Shown here piece by piece: positions 22,493 to 32,878 of a DNA stretch of 64,000 nt. How positions within the stretch are numbered: position 1 is the first letter of the stretch; each line of letters opens with the position of its first letter. Both the position numbers and the translations under genes were made by a program. The stretch lies in assembly GCF_055900595.2 (NCBI RefSeq), contig NZ_CM148325.1, one strand, 5' to 3'. Below the pieces are notes generated by a model. It searched no databases, was not told the DNA's origin, and was given only the letters and a program-made list of their open reading frames with translations.

Positions 22493-24160
22493 GTGGCTCA
22501 ATTCGTTTATACCATGCATCGTGTCGGCAAAGTTGTTCCGCCGAAACGTCATATTTTGAAAAACATCTCTCTGAGTTTCTTCCCTGGGGCAAAAATTGGT
22601 GTCCTGGGTCTGAACGGCGCGGGTAAGTCTACCCTGCTGCGCATTATGGCGGGCATTGATAAAGACATCGAAGGTGAAGCGCGTCCGCAACCGGATATCA
22701 AGATTGGTTACCTGCCGCAGGAACCTCAGCTGAACCCGGAACACACCGTGCGTGAGTCCATTGAAGAAGCGGTTTCTGAAGTGGTTAACGCTCTGAAACG
22801 TCTGGATGAAGTGTATGCGCTGTATGCCGATCCGGATGCCGATTTTGACAAGCTGGCCGCTGAACAAGGCCGTCTGGAAGAGATCATTCAGGCTCATGAC
22901 GGTCATAACCTGAACGTTCAGCTGGAGCGTGCGGCTGATGCGCTGCGTCTGCCGGACTGGGACGCGAAAATCGCTAACCTTTCCGGTGGTGAGCGTCGTC
23001 GCGTGGCGTTGTGCCGCCTGCTGTTGGAAAAACCAGACATGCTGCTGCTCGACGAACCGACCAACCACCTGGATGCCGAATCCGTAGCGTGGCTGGAACG
23101 CTTCCTGCACGACTTCGAGGGCACCGTGGTGGCGATTACCCACGACCGTTACTTCCTCGATAACGTTGCAGGCTGGATCCTCGAACTTGACCGCGGTGAA
23201 GGTATTCCGTGGGAAGGTAACTACTCCTCCTGGCTGGAGCAGAAAGATCAGCGTCTGGCGCAGGAAGCTTCACAAGAAGCAGCGCGTCGTAAGTCGATCG
23301 AGAAAGAGCTGGAGTGGGTACGTCAGGGAACTAAAGGCCGTCAGTCGAAAGGTAAAGCACGTCTGGCGCGCTTTGAAGAGCTGAACAGCACCGAATATCA
23401 GAAACGTAACGAAACCAACGAACTGTTTATTCCACCTGGACCGCGTCTGGGCGATAAAGTGCTGGAAGTCAGCAACCTGCGTAAATCTTACGGCGATCGT
23501 CTGCTGATTGATGATCTGAGCTTCTCGATCCCTAAAGGGGCGATCGTCGGGATCATCGGTCCGAACGGCGCGGGTAAATCAACCCTGTTCCGTATGATCT
23601 CTGGTCAGGAACAGCCAGACAGCGGCACCATCACTTTAGGTGAAACGGTGAAACTGGCATCTGTCGATCAGTTCCGTGACTCAATGGATAACAGCAAAAC
23701 CGTTTGGGAAGAAGTTTCCGGCGGGCTGGATATCATGAAGATCGGTAACACCGAGATGCCAAGCCGCGCCTACGTTGGCCGCTTTAACTTTAAAGGGGTT
23801 GATCAGGGTAAACGCGTTGGCGAACTCTCCGGTGGTGAGCGTGGTCGTCTGCATCTGGCGAAGCTGCTGCAGGTTGGCGGCAACATGCTGCTGCTCGACG
23901 AACCGACCAACGACCTGGATATCGAAACCCTGCGTGCGCTGGAAAACGCCCTGCTGGAGTTCCCGGGCTGCGCGATGGTTATCTCGCACGACCGTTGGTT
24001 CCTCGACCGTATCGCCACACACATTCTGGATTACCAGGATGAAGGTAAAGTTGAGTTCTTTGAAGGTAACTTTACCGAGTACGAAGAGTACAAGAAACGC
24101 ACGCTGGGCGCAGACGCGCTGGAGCCGAAGCGTATCAAGTACAAGCGTATTGCGAAGTAA
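22493..24160 (+). CDS. ettA: energy-dependent translational throttle EttA (ABC-F ATPase, YjjK)
   Basis: 555-aa ORF with two ABC cassettes (GLNGAGKST…LSGGERRR…LLLDEPTNHLD; GPNGAGKST…LSGGERGR…LLLDEPTNDLD). Confidence 0.95.
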   Translation: MAQFVYTMHRVGKVVPPKRHILKNISLSFFPGAKIGVLGLNGAGKSTLLRIMAGIDKDIEGEARPQPDIKIGYLPQEPQLNPEHTVRESIEEAVSEVVNALKRLDEVYALYADPDADFDKLAAEQGRLEEIIQAHDGHNLNVQLERAADALRLPDWDAKIANLSGGERRRVALCRLLLEKPDMLLLDEPTNHLDAESVAWLERFLHDFEGTVVAITHDRYFLDNVAGWILELDRGEGIPWEGNYSSWLEQKDQRLAQEASQEAARRKSIEKELEWVRQGTKGRQSKGKARLARFEELNSTEYQKRNETNELFIPPGPRLGDKVLEVSNLRKSYGDRLLIDDLSFSIPKGAIVGIIGPNGAGKSTLFRMISGQEQPDSGTITLGETVKLASVDQFRDSMDNSKTVWEEVSGGLDIMKIGNTEMPSRAYVGRFNFKGVDQGKRVGELSGGERGRLHLAKLLQVGGNMLLLDEPTNDLDIETLRALENALLEFPGCAMVISHDRWFLDRIATHILDYQDEGKVEFFEGNFTEYEEYKKRTLGADALEPKRIKYKRIAK

Positions 24161-24171
24161 TGCGTAAAATG

Positions 24172-24201
24172 CCGGATGCGGCGCGCCAGCATCGCATCCG
24201 G
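24172..24201. terminator. REP-like hairpin between the convergent ettA and antitoxin stop codons
   Basis: CCGGATGCG-(12 nt)-CGCATCCGG inverted repeat. Confidence 0.5.
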
Positions 24202-24215
24202 TAATAGTTAAATGA

Positions 24216-24500
24216 TTAATGGGAGGCAAGTTCCCGGAAAAAGGCAGGATTTTCTTTAATTGTGGCAAGTACTTTTGCAGCCAATCCCGTAGGATTTCTT
24301 CGCTTCGATTCCCAGCTTTTAATGGTATCCACACTGGTTCCCAGAGCTTTTGCCATCTCACTTTGCGAAACGTTGAGTTGCTCACGAATAGCTTTAACAT
24401 CCGCAATTTCGTAGCGGGTCACCCGTGCAGGTTCTTTTAAACCTTGTTTAATCTCGACAGCCTCTTCCAGAGAGGTTTTCAACTCATCAAAAAAACTCAT
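24216..24500 (-). CDS. XRE-type helix-turn-helix antitoxin (HigA-like)
   Basis: 94 aa from ATG at 24500 (MSFFDELKTSLEEAVEIKQGLKEPARVTRYEIADVKAIREQLNVSQSEMAKALGTSVDTIKSWESKRRNPTGLAAKVLATIKENPAFFRELASH); SD GAGG 8 nt upstream; starts 1 nt after the toxin stop. Confidence 0.75.
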   Translation of the reverse strand: MSFFDELKTSLEEAVEIKQGLKEPARVTRYEIADVKAIREQLNVSQSEMAKALGTSVDTIKSWESKRRNPTGLAAKVLATIKENPAFFRELASH

Positions 24501-24501
24501 T

Positions 24502-24834
24502 TTATACCTCACCTTTGAGCAGTTTCGTCAACTTCTTTAGTTGAGCTTTTTCCGTATCTGTCAGACTGTCTTTGGCATTCTTCGGATAGGCCATAATCAA
24601 ATAAATAATCTCTTCCGTCGCCAGAAAGTAAATTATTCTGACACTACCACTTTTTCCCTGTGAACCCGCAGCCATTCGGACTTTACGCAATCCACCAGTC
24701 TGCTGAATGAGATCACCTTTATCGGGAGTTCCGATGAGTTCTTTTTGCAATTCCTTTAATTCATCATCGGTTGCAATCTGCTTGATCTGACGCGTAAACA
24801 TTGGCGTCTCTATAAATATTATCGCCTTGCCCAT
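24502..24834 (-). CDS. RelE/ParE-superfamily toxin, HigB-like (Gp49-type)
   Basis: 110 aa from ATG at 24834 (MGKAIIFIETPMFTRQIKQIATDDELKELQKELIGTPDKGDLIQQTGGLRKVRMAAGSQGKSGSVRIIYFLATEEIIYLIMAYPKNAKDSLTDTEKAQLKKLTKLLKGEV); conserved GGLRKxR…GKSGxxRxIY core; SD GGAGG upstream. Confidence 0.75.
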   Translation of the reverse strand: MGKAIIFIETPMFTRQIKQIATDDELKELQKELIGTPDKGDLIQQTGGLRKVRMAAGSQGKSGSVRIIYFLATEEIIYLIMAYPKNAKDSLTDTEKAQLKKLTKLLKGEV

Positions 24835-24850
24835 TACCCCTCCCTGGCAG

Positions 24851-24884
24851 GTACATTGTACACCAAAATGGAGTACTAAGTACA
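24851..24884 (-). promoter_or_regulatory. putative operator and promoter of the toxin-antitoxin operon (two GTAC-core inverted repeats)
   Basis: GTACA-T-TGTAC at 24851-24861 and GTACT-A-AGTAC at 24874-24884, in the 91 bp between nadR stop and toxin start. Confidence 0.45.
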
Positions 24885-24925
24885 CTTTTGAATCAGTAAT
24901 ATCACTCAACATCTTATAAAGATGA

Positions 24926-26158
24926 TTATCCCTGCTCCCCCATCATCTCCCGCACCAGCTCCACGCAGCGCAGGAAACGGCTGTCGTAATCGTCCTCTTC
25001 AACCCGCACAAATTCGATATTGTTCTTTTCCAGCATCTCCACCAGCAAGTTCTGGAACTCTTTGCGATCCACCGAACTGCCGAGACTGCGTAAACCATCC
25101 GCCACCCACGGCGTGTTGTTCTCCAGCAGAATCACCAGATCGAAACGGTATTCATCGATCAGCGCCTGTACGAACGGATGCTCGCGCCCTTCGTACTTTT
25201 TGCAGAACGCCTGAGTTGTCACAAAATCGGTGTCGATAAACGCCACTTTATTGGCATATTTTACTGCAAAATCAATATATTGAGCGTGTCCAAGTGCGAT
25301 TTTATCGTAGTCGGAATACTGCAATGCAATCTCATCGCCGCCAAGATGCGAAAAGACATAATCGCGACCATATTCCCATGCACTGGTAGTGTTGAAGATA
25401 TTGGCAAGTTTGTTTACCAGGGTGGATTTACCGCTCGATTCGCCGCCGAGGATCGCCACGGTGCGCACAAAGAACGGCTTCACTTCGGTAGGAATATATT
25501 CCCAGTAGCGGAACGGATTTTCGCGGATCTGCGCACCACTGATACTCATAAAAGTACGTTTCGGATCGACCAACACCGTTTCGATCCCCAGATGTTCCAT
25601 ATACTGCGGCGCGTCGGCTTCTTCCGAGGTGTAGATCAGATCCGGTTGGATCCCTTTTTCAGCCATAAACTTTTTGATGCCGTTGCTCCACACATCCCAG
25701 CCATGCGGATACGGCTCCATGCCCTCTTCGTTGAAGGCATGAATGCGAATATTTTTCTGATATTTAAAAGTTTGCAATAACCAGCGCAGACGATCCGGCA
25801 CCGTGGGCTGCTGCGACATGGCGCTATCTTCGAACAACGCGCGGTCGCGGGTATCGTCAAAGCCCATAATGATATGCAGTTCGTCAACCTGACTACAGGC
25901 ACGCTGGATAAGGTAGATATGTCCGGTATGCAGCGGGTAAAACTTACCGAATACAACACCAATAGTTTTCTTCTGCCGGGGAAATTCAAGTCCCAAATAA
26001 CGGTGCAACGCCTCCAGCTTTTGCGCGCTGGGGCTTTTAATTTTGGCATTCAGTAACTGGCTTAAATACCCTTTGGTCATACCGCTGGCATCAGCCACCT
26101 GCTGTAGCGTACAGCCCTGTTGCTTGATGGCAGTTTTCAGATAATCAAATGACGACAT
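24926..26158 (-). CDS. nadR: trifunctional NAD biosynthesis/regulator protein NadR
   Basis: ORF 24926..26179; NadR N-terminus MSSFDYLKTAIKQQGCTLQQVADASGMTKGYLSQLLN begins at an internal Met, giving 410 aa. Confidence 0.93.
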   Translation of the reverse strand: MSSFDYLKTAIKQQGCTLQQVADASGMTKGYLSQLLNAKIKSPSAQKLEALHRYLGLEFPRQKKTIGVVFGKFYPLHTGHIYLIQRACSQVDELHIIMGFDDTRDRALFEDSAMSQQPTVPDRLRWLLQTFKYQKNIRIHAFNEEGMEPYPHGWDVWSNGIKKFMAEKGIQPDLIYTSEEADAPQYMEHLGIETVLVDPKRTFMSISGAQIRENPFRYWEYIPTEVKPFFVRTVAILGGESSGKSTLVNKLANIFNTTSAWEYGRDYVFSHLGGDEIALQYSDYDKIALGHAQYIDFAVKYANKVAFIDTDFVTTQAFCKKYEGREHPFVQALIDEYRFDLVILLENNTPWVADGLRSLGSSVDRKEFQNLLVEMLEKNNIEFVRVEEDDYDSRFLRCVELVREMMGEQG

Positions 26159-26178
26159 ATCTCCCTCCGTATCTCTCA

Positions 26179-27561
26179 TTATAAGTCGTCGAACACGCTA
26201 AGCGCGTCGGAGAGTTTTTTAACGCCAAAAATCTGCATCCCTTCCGGCGCTTTTTTCGGCACGTTGGCTGCCGGAACAATCGCCCGCCGAAAACCATGTT
26301 TCGCCGCTTCAGAAATCCGCTCCTGGCCGCTGGGCACCGGGCGGATCTCCCCTGCCAGCCCGACTTCACCAAACACCACCAGATCCTGCGGTAGTGGTCT
26401 GTCGCGCAGGCTGGAAACCATCGCCAGCAGTAACGCTAAATCGGCACTGGTTTCGGTTACCTTCACGCCACCGACCACGTTAACAAACACATCCTGATCG
26501 GCCATTTGCAACCCACCGTGACGGTGAAGCACCGCCAGCAGGATTGCCAGACGGTTTTGCTCCAGCCCTACTGCCACGCGGCGTGGATTCGCCATCATCG
26601 AGTGATCGACCAGCGCCTGGATCTCCACCAGCAGCGGACGCGTTCCTTCCCACACCACCATCACTGAGCTGCCGGAGGTCACTTCATCGCCGCGACTTAA
26701 GAAAATTGCCGAAGGGTTACTGACTTCACGCAGTCCCTGTTCAGTCATCGCGAAGACGCCCAGCTCATTCACCGCGCCGAAACGGTTTTTATGGCTGCGT
26801 AAGGTGCGGAAACGGGAATCGGCATCGCCATCCAGAAGCACCGAACAGTCAATACAGTGTTCCAGCACTTTAGGGCCAGCCAGCGAACCATCTTTGGTTA
26901 CGTGCCCCACCATGACAATCGCCACACCGCGCGTTTTGGCGAAGCGCGTCAGATAAGCCGCCGTTTCACGCACCTGTGCCACGCTGCCAGGCGATGACTG
27001 AACATCCGCCATATGCATCACCTGGATGGAGTCAATGACCATCAGCTTCGGTTGCTCTTCTTCGGCAATCAGGCAGATCTGTTCGATGCTGGTTTCCGAC
27101 AACATATTGAGATTGTCAGTCGGCAGGCCGAGGCGATGAGCGCGCATTGCCACCTGTTGCAGCGACTCTTCGCCAGTGACATATAGCGTTTTCATCTGCT
27201 GCGCCAGTTTGCACAGCGTTTGCAGTAGCAGCGTGGATTTCCCCGCGCCTGGGTTACCGCCAATCAGAATAGCGCTTCCTGGCACTACGCCACCGCCTAA
27301 TACGCGGTCGAACTCTTTAAATCCGGTGGAAAAACGCGGCAACTCCTCAAGGCTGATATCGGAAAGTTTCTGGACTTTTGCCACCCCGGCGCTACCGGCA
27401 TAGCCACTGAGACGCTCGTTACGCGCCACCGTTGGCGACGCAGCAAGACGCACCTCGGTGATGGTGTTCCAGGCATGGCAGGCGCTGCACTGCCCCTGCC
27501 AGCGCGGATAATCGGCCCCGCATTCATTACAAACAAAGGCGCGTTTTGGAGCTTTTGCCAC
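26179..27561 (-). CDS. radA: DNA repair protein RadA (Sms)
   Basis: ORF 26179..27609; zinc finger CNECGADYPRWQGQCSACHAWN, Walker A GNPGAGKST, Lon-like C-terminus; likely GTG start at (M)AKAPKRAFV. Confidence 0.92.
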   Translation of the reverse strand: MAKAPKRAFVCNECGADYPRWQGQCSACHAWNTITEVRLAASPTVARNERLSGYAGSAGVAKVQKLSDISLEELPRFSTGFKEFDRVLGGGVVPGSAILIGGNPGAGKSTLLLQTLCKLAQQMKTLYVTGEESLQQVAMRAHRLGLPTDNLNMLSETSIEQICLIAEEEQPKLMVIDSIQVMHMADVQSSPGSVAQVRETAAYLTRFAKTRGVAIVMVGHVTKDGSLAGPKVLEHCIDCSVLLDGDADSRFRTLRSHKNRFGAVNELGVFAMTEQGLREVSNPSAIFLSRGDEVTSGSSVMVVWEGTRPLLVEIQALVDHSMMANPRRVAVGLEQNRLAILLAVLHRHGGLQMADQDVFVNVVGGVKVTETSADLALLLAMVSSLRDRPLPQDLVVFGEVGLAGEIRPVPSGQERISEAAKHGFRRAIVPAANVPKKAPEGMQIFGVKKLSDALSVFDDL

Positions 27562-27609
27562 GGTGTACCTCGTTAATGCTGTGCCGCCCGCAGGATGACG
27601 GGCGGGCAA

Positions 27610-28578
27610 TTACTTCTGATTCAGGCTGCCAGAGAGGATGCAGAATACCCCCATCAGGTCAGCGTGACGGATGGTGACTTCCGTCTTTTCATTCACTTTT
27701 GGCTTGGCATGGTAGGCAATCCCCAGACCTGCCGCTTTGATCATCGGCAGGTCGTTGGCACCATCGCCAATCGCCACGGTTTGCGCCAGCGGGATTTCAT
27801 ACTCCTGCGCCAGGCGGGTCAGGGTTTTCGCTTTATACTGAGCGTCTACAATGTCGCCAATCACATTACCGGTAAATTTACCGTCCATGATCTCCAGTTC
27901 ATTGGCTACTACGGCGGTCAGGCGCAGCTTATCGCGCAGGTATTCGGCAAAGAAGGTAAAACCGCCGGAGGCAATCGCCACTTTCCAGCCCAGCGTTTCC
28001 AGCTTGAGTACCAGTTGCGTTAAGCCTGGCATCAGCGGCAAATTTTCACGCACCTGTTGCAGAATATTGGCGTCAGCGCCTTTCAGCGTTGCCACTCGAC
28101 TGCGCAAGCTGGCAGCAAAATCGAGTTCGCCGCGCATCGCCCGCTCGGTTACTTCCGCCACCATCTCGCCGGTTCCGGCCAGTTTGGCAATTTCGTCAAT
28201 ACATTCAATCTGAATGGCGGTGGAATCCATGTCCATCACCAGCAGACCTGGCGTGCGCAGATGCGGAATTTTCCCCAGCGGCGCGACATCCAGTTGTGCT
28301 TCATGGGCCAGGCGCGTAGCCCGGGCGGTAAGCGAACCTGCCAGACGAATCACCTGATAATCTTCCACGCACCAGGCGGCAACAATCACCATCGCCGCGC
28401 CCAGTTTGCTCTGGTATTGGGTCAGACGTTGTTTATCCAGCCCACGACCATACAGCAGCCAGCCGCTACGACCTGCGTGGTAATCCAGTGGCATTACTTC
28501 ATCACCACTTAATGAAAGAGGCAGACCAGGCCATAAAGAGACATCTTCAGGCAGGTCGCACCAGGTAATGTTAGGCAT
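27610..28578 (-). CDS. serB: phosphoserine phosphatase
   Basis: ORF 27610..28716; SerB N-terminus MPNITWCDLPEDVSLWPGLPLSLSGDE begins at an internal Met (322 aa); HAD motif DMDSTAI. Confidence 0.93.
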   Translation of the reverse strand: MPNITWCDLPEDVSLWPGLPLSLSGDEVMPLDYHAGRSGWLLYGRGLDKQRLTQYQSKLGAAMVIVAAWCVEDYQVIRLAGSLTARATRLAHEAQLDVAPLGKIPHLRTPGLLVMDMDSTAIQIECIDEIAKLAGTGEMVAEVTERAMRGELDFAASLRSRVATLKGADANILQQVRENLPLMPGLTQLVLKLETLGWKVAIASGGFTFFAEYLRDKLRLTAVVANELEIMDGKFTGNVIGDIVDAQYKAKTLTRLAQEYEIPLAQTVAIGDGANDLPMIKAAGLGIAYHAKPKVNEKTEVTIRHADLMGVFCILSGSLNQK

Positions 28579-28683
28579 TAAGGCTCCTGTAAAATCGTTC
28601 GAAGCAGGGAAAATAACGCATGAGGCTACCTTGTATCCATTGCTTCTGGCAACATTAAGTCTCAAATTTTCAAAGGGTGGAAG

Positions 28684-29328
28684 ATGGCTCGCACAAAACT
28701 GAAATTCCGGCTGCATCGGGCAGTGATTGTCCTGTTCTGTCTTGCCTTGTTAGTGGCGCTGATGCAGGGGGCATCATGGTTTAGTCAAAACCACCAGCGA
28801 CAGCGTAATCCGCAGCTGGAAGAACTGGCCCGCACCCTGGCGCGGCAGGTGACGCTGAACGTTGCGCCGCTGATGCGTACCGACTCGCCGGATGAAAAAC
28901 GTATTCAGGCGATCCTCGATCAGTTAACGGATGAAAGCCGCATCCTCGACGCGGGCGTGTATGACGAACAAGGCGATCTTATCGCCCGTTCTGGCGAAAG
29001 CGTCGAGGTGCGTGACCGGCTGGCGCTCGACGGTAAAAAAGCGGGCGGCTATTTTAACCAGCAGATTGTCGAACCCATTGCAGGGAAAAATGGTCCGCTT
29101 GGCTATCTGCGCCTGACGCTCGACACCCATACGCTCGCCACCGAAGCTCAACAGGTGGATAACACCACTAACATTTTACGCCTGATGTTGTTGCTCTCGC
29201 TGGCAATCGGCGTAGTGCTGACCCGCACGCTGCTACAGGGTAAACGCACCCGCTGGCAGCAATCCCCCTTCCTGTTAACCGCCAGCAAACCGGTGCCGGA
29301 AGAGGAAGAAAGCGAGAAAAAAGAGTGA
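28684..29328 (+). CDS. ytjB: membrane protein YtjB (Smp)
   Basis: 214-aa ORF; synteny between serB and lplA. Confidence 0.8.
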   Translation: MARTKLKFRLHRAVIVLFCLALLVALMQGASWFSQNHQRQRNPQLEELARTLARQVTLNVAPLMRTDSPDEKRIQAILDQLTDESRILDAGVYDEQGDLIARSGESVEVRDRLALDGKKAGGYFNQQIVEPIAGKNGPLGYLRLTLDTHTLATEAQQVDNTTNILRLMLLLSLAIGVVLTRTLLQGKRTRWQQSPFLLTASKPVPEEEESEKKE

Positions 29329-29355
29329 CCCATTACTACAAGAAAGGAAATCGTT

Positions 29356-30372
29356 ATGTCCACATTACGCCTGCTCATCTCTGACTCTTACGATCCGTGG
29401 TTTAACCTGGCGGTGGAGGAGTGTATTTTTCGCCAGATGCCCGCCACGCAGCGCGTTTTGTTTCTCTGGCGCAATGCTGACACCGTGGTGATTGGTCGCG
29501 CGCAGAACCCGTGGAAAGAGTGTAATACCCGGCGGATGGAAGAAGATAACGTCCGCCTGGCGAGGCGCAGTAGCGGTGGCGGCGCGGTGTTCCACGATCT
29601 CGGCAATACCTGTTTTACCTTCATGGCTGGCAAGCCGGAATACGATAAAACGATCTCCACCTCGATTGTGCTCAATGCACTGAACGCGCTCGGTGTCAGC
29701 GCCGAAGCGTCCGGACGTAACGATTTGGTGGTGAAAACCGCCGAAGGCGACCGTAAAGTCTCAGGCTCGGCCTATCGCGAAACCAAAGATCGTGGCTTCC
29801 ACCACGGCACCTTGCTACTCAATGCCGACCTTAGCCGCCTGGCAAACTATCTCAACCCGGATAAAAAGAAACTGGCGGCGAAAGGCATTACGTCGGTACG
29901 TTCCCGCGTGACCAATCTGACCGAATTGCTGCCGGGAATTACCCACGAGCAGGTTTGCGAAGCCATAACCGAGGCCTTTTTCGCCCATTATGGCGAGCGT
30001 GTAGAAGCGGAAATTATCTCCCCGGACAAAACGCCGGACTTGCCGAACTTCGCCGAAACCTTTGCCCGCCAGAGTAGCTGGGAATGGAACTTCGGTCAGG
30101 CTCCGGCGTTTTCGCATCTGCTGGATGAACGCTTTACCTGGGGCGGCGTAGAACTGCATTTCGACGTCGAAAAAGGCCATATCACCCGCGCCCAGGTGTT
30201 TACCGATAGCCTCAACCCCGCACCTCTGGAAGCTCTCGCCGGACGACTGCAAGGCTGCCTGTACCGCGCGGACATGCTGCAACAAGAGTGTGAAGCGCTG
30301 TTGGTTGACTTCCCTGAACAGGAAAAAGAGCTACGGGAGTTGTCGACGTGGATAGCGGGAGCGGTACGGTAA
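29356..30372 (+). CDS. lplA: lipoate-protein ligase A
   Basis: 338-aa [69 protein letters not shown]…. Confidence 0.95.
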   Translation: MSTLRLLISDSYDPWFNLAVEECIFRQMPATQRVLFLWRNADTVVIGRAQNPWKECNTRRMEEDNVRLARRSSGGGAVFHDLGNTCFTFMAGKPEYDKTISTSIVLNALNALGVSAEASGRNDLVVKTAEGDRKVSGSAYRETKDRGFHHGTLLLNADLSRLANYLNPDKKKLAAKGITSVRSRVTNLTELLPGITHEQVCEAITEAFFAHYGERVEAEIISPDKTPDLPNFAETFARQSSWEWNFGQAPAFSHLLDERFTWGGVELHFDVEKGHITRAQVFTDSLNPAPLEALAGRLQGCLYRADMLQQECEALLVDFPEQEKELRELSTWIAGAVR

Positions 30373-30403
30373 CTCGCTGATTAAAATATCCAGGGAAGGA
30401 AAT

Positions 30404-30667
30404 ATGATCGATCTGAAGAACCAGGAACGGGAGATTATCAATTTAATGTTCAGCCAGGGTATATCCTGGCTAACCGCCGTGCGTATCAGGCATAAACTAT
30501 CACTTGCTGAAGTTAGTAAAATGTTGGGTATCTCGATTAATTCTCTAAAACAAATCGAAAAGACGGAACGGCTTAGTTCAAACATCAAAAACAAAATGGC
30601 AGGAATTTATGGTTGTCCGCCAGAGTTGCTGATATGCCCTTACTGGATGACGGCTGAACATAAATGA
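30404..30667 (+). CDS. small hypothetical protein with a helix-turn-helix motif (87 aa), in the position K-12 yjjJ occupies
   Basis: ORF with strong SD (AGGGAAGGAAAT-ATG) 31 bp after the lplA stop; HTH-like segment LSLAEVSKMLGISINSLKQIEK; AT-rich. Confidence 0.4.
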   Translation: MIDLKNQEREIINLMFSQGISWLTAVRIRHKLSLAEVSKMLGISINSLKQIEKTERLSSNIKNKMAGIYGCPPELLICPYWMTAEHK

Positions 30668-30766
30668 ATAGATTCGTGAATAGATACTCGAATGGATTTA
30701 ATTTTCTATCCATATGAAAAATAATAGTAAATCTATAAATCAGTCGCTATTGATGAATAGATACTA
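30664..30766. repeat. three direct copies of TGAATAGAT(A/T)C downstream of the small HTH ORF
   Basis: Copies at 30665-30673, 30678-30686 and 30755-30763; the first overlaps the ORF stop codon. Confidence 0.5.
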
Positions 30767-30794
30767 AAAAGCCGGAGCGGTCTCCCGCTCCGGC
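30766..30794 (-). terminator. rho-independent terminator of the deo operon (after deoD)
   Basis: GCCGGAGCGG-TCTC-CCGCTCCGGC hairpin followed by a U-run on the minus strand. Confidence 0.85.
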
Positions 30795-30827
30795 TTCACA
30801 CGACAATCGCCTTTCAGCGAAACACAA

Positions 30828-31547
30828 TTACTCTTTATCGCCCAGCAGAACGGATTCCAGTGCGATTTTGATCATGTCGTTGAAGGTAGTCTGACGCTCA
30901 GCGGCAGTGGTTTGCTCGTGAGTGCGGATGTGGTCAGACACGGTGCAGATGGTCAGGGCTTTCGCGCCAAACTCTGCAGCCACGCCGTAGATACCAGCCG
31001 CTTCCATTTCCACGCCGAGGATGCCGTATTTTTCCATCACGTCGAACATTTCGCCGTCCGGAGAGTAGAACAGGTCAGCGGAGAACAGGTTACCAACGCG
31101 AGCATCAATGCCCAGTGCTTTAGCTGCATCTACTGCGTTACGCACCATGTCGAAGTCAGCGATAGCGGCAAAGTCATGGTCTTTAAAACGGATGCGGTTA
31201 ACTTTGGAATCGGTGCAGGCACCCATACCAATCACTACGTCACGCAGTTTTACGTGCGGCAGAACTGCACCACAGGAACCAACGCGAATGATTTTCTTCA
31301 CGCCGAAATCGGTGATCAGTTCTTTAGTGTAGATGGAGCAGGACGGGATACCCATACCGTGGCCCATTACAGAAATTTTGCGGCCTTTGTAAGTACCGGT
31401 GAAGCCCAGCATACCGCGAACGTTGTTCACTTCACGAGCATCTTCAAGGAAAGTTTCAGCAATATACTTCGCACGCAGCGGGTCGCCTGGCATCAAAACT
31501 ACGTCAGCGAAATCGCCCATTTCTGCATTAATGTGTGGAGTAGCCAT
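30828..31547 (-). CDS. deoD: purine nucleoside phosphorylase DeoD
   Basis: ORF 30828..31604; DeoD N-terminus [33 protein letters not shown] begins at an internal Met (239 aa). Confidence 0.95.
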
Positions 31548-31603
31548 CATTTTATCCTTTTTGTGACATATTAAAGGCGGAGTCACTGCTCCGCCCAAAT
31601 CCA

Positions 31604-32848
<1,245 letters not shown>

Positions 32849-32878
32849 TCAAATTTAAATGATCAGATCAGTATACCG

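Noticed and set aside
24161-24925. Mobile-element signatures (integrase, transposase, inverted terminal repeats, target-site duplication) flanking the toxin-antitoxin insertion
   Set aside because: None found: the flanks are the ettA REP-like hairpin and the nadR stop codon, so the acquisition mechanism is not visible
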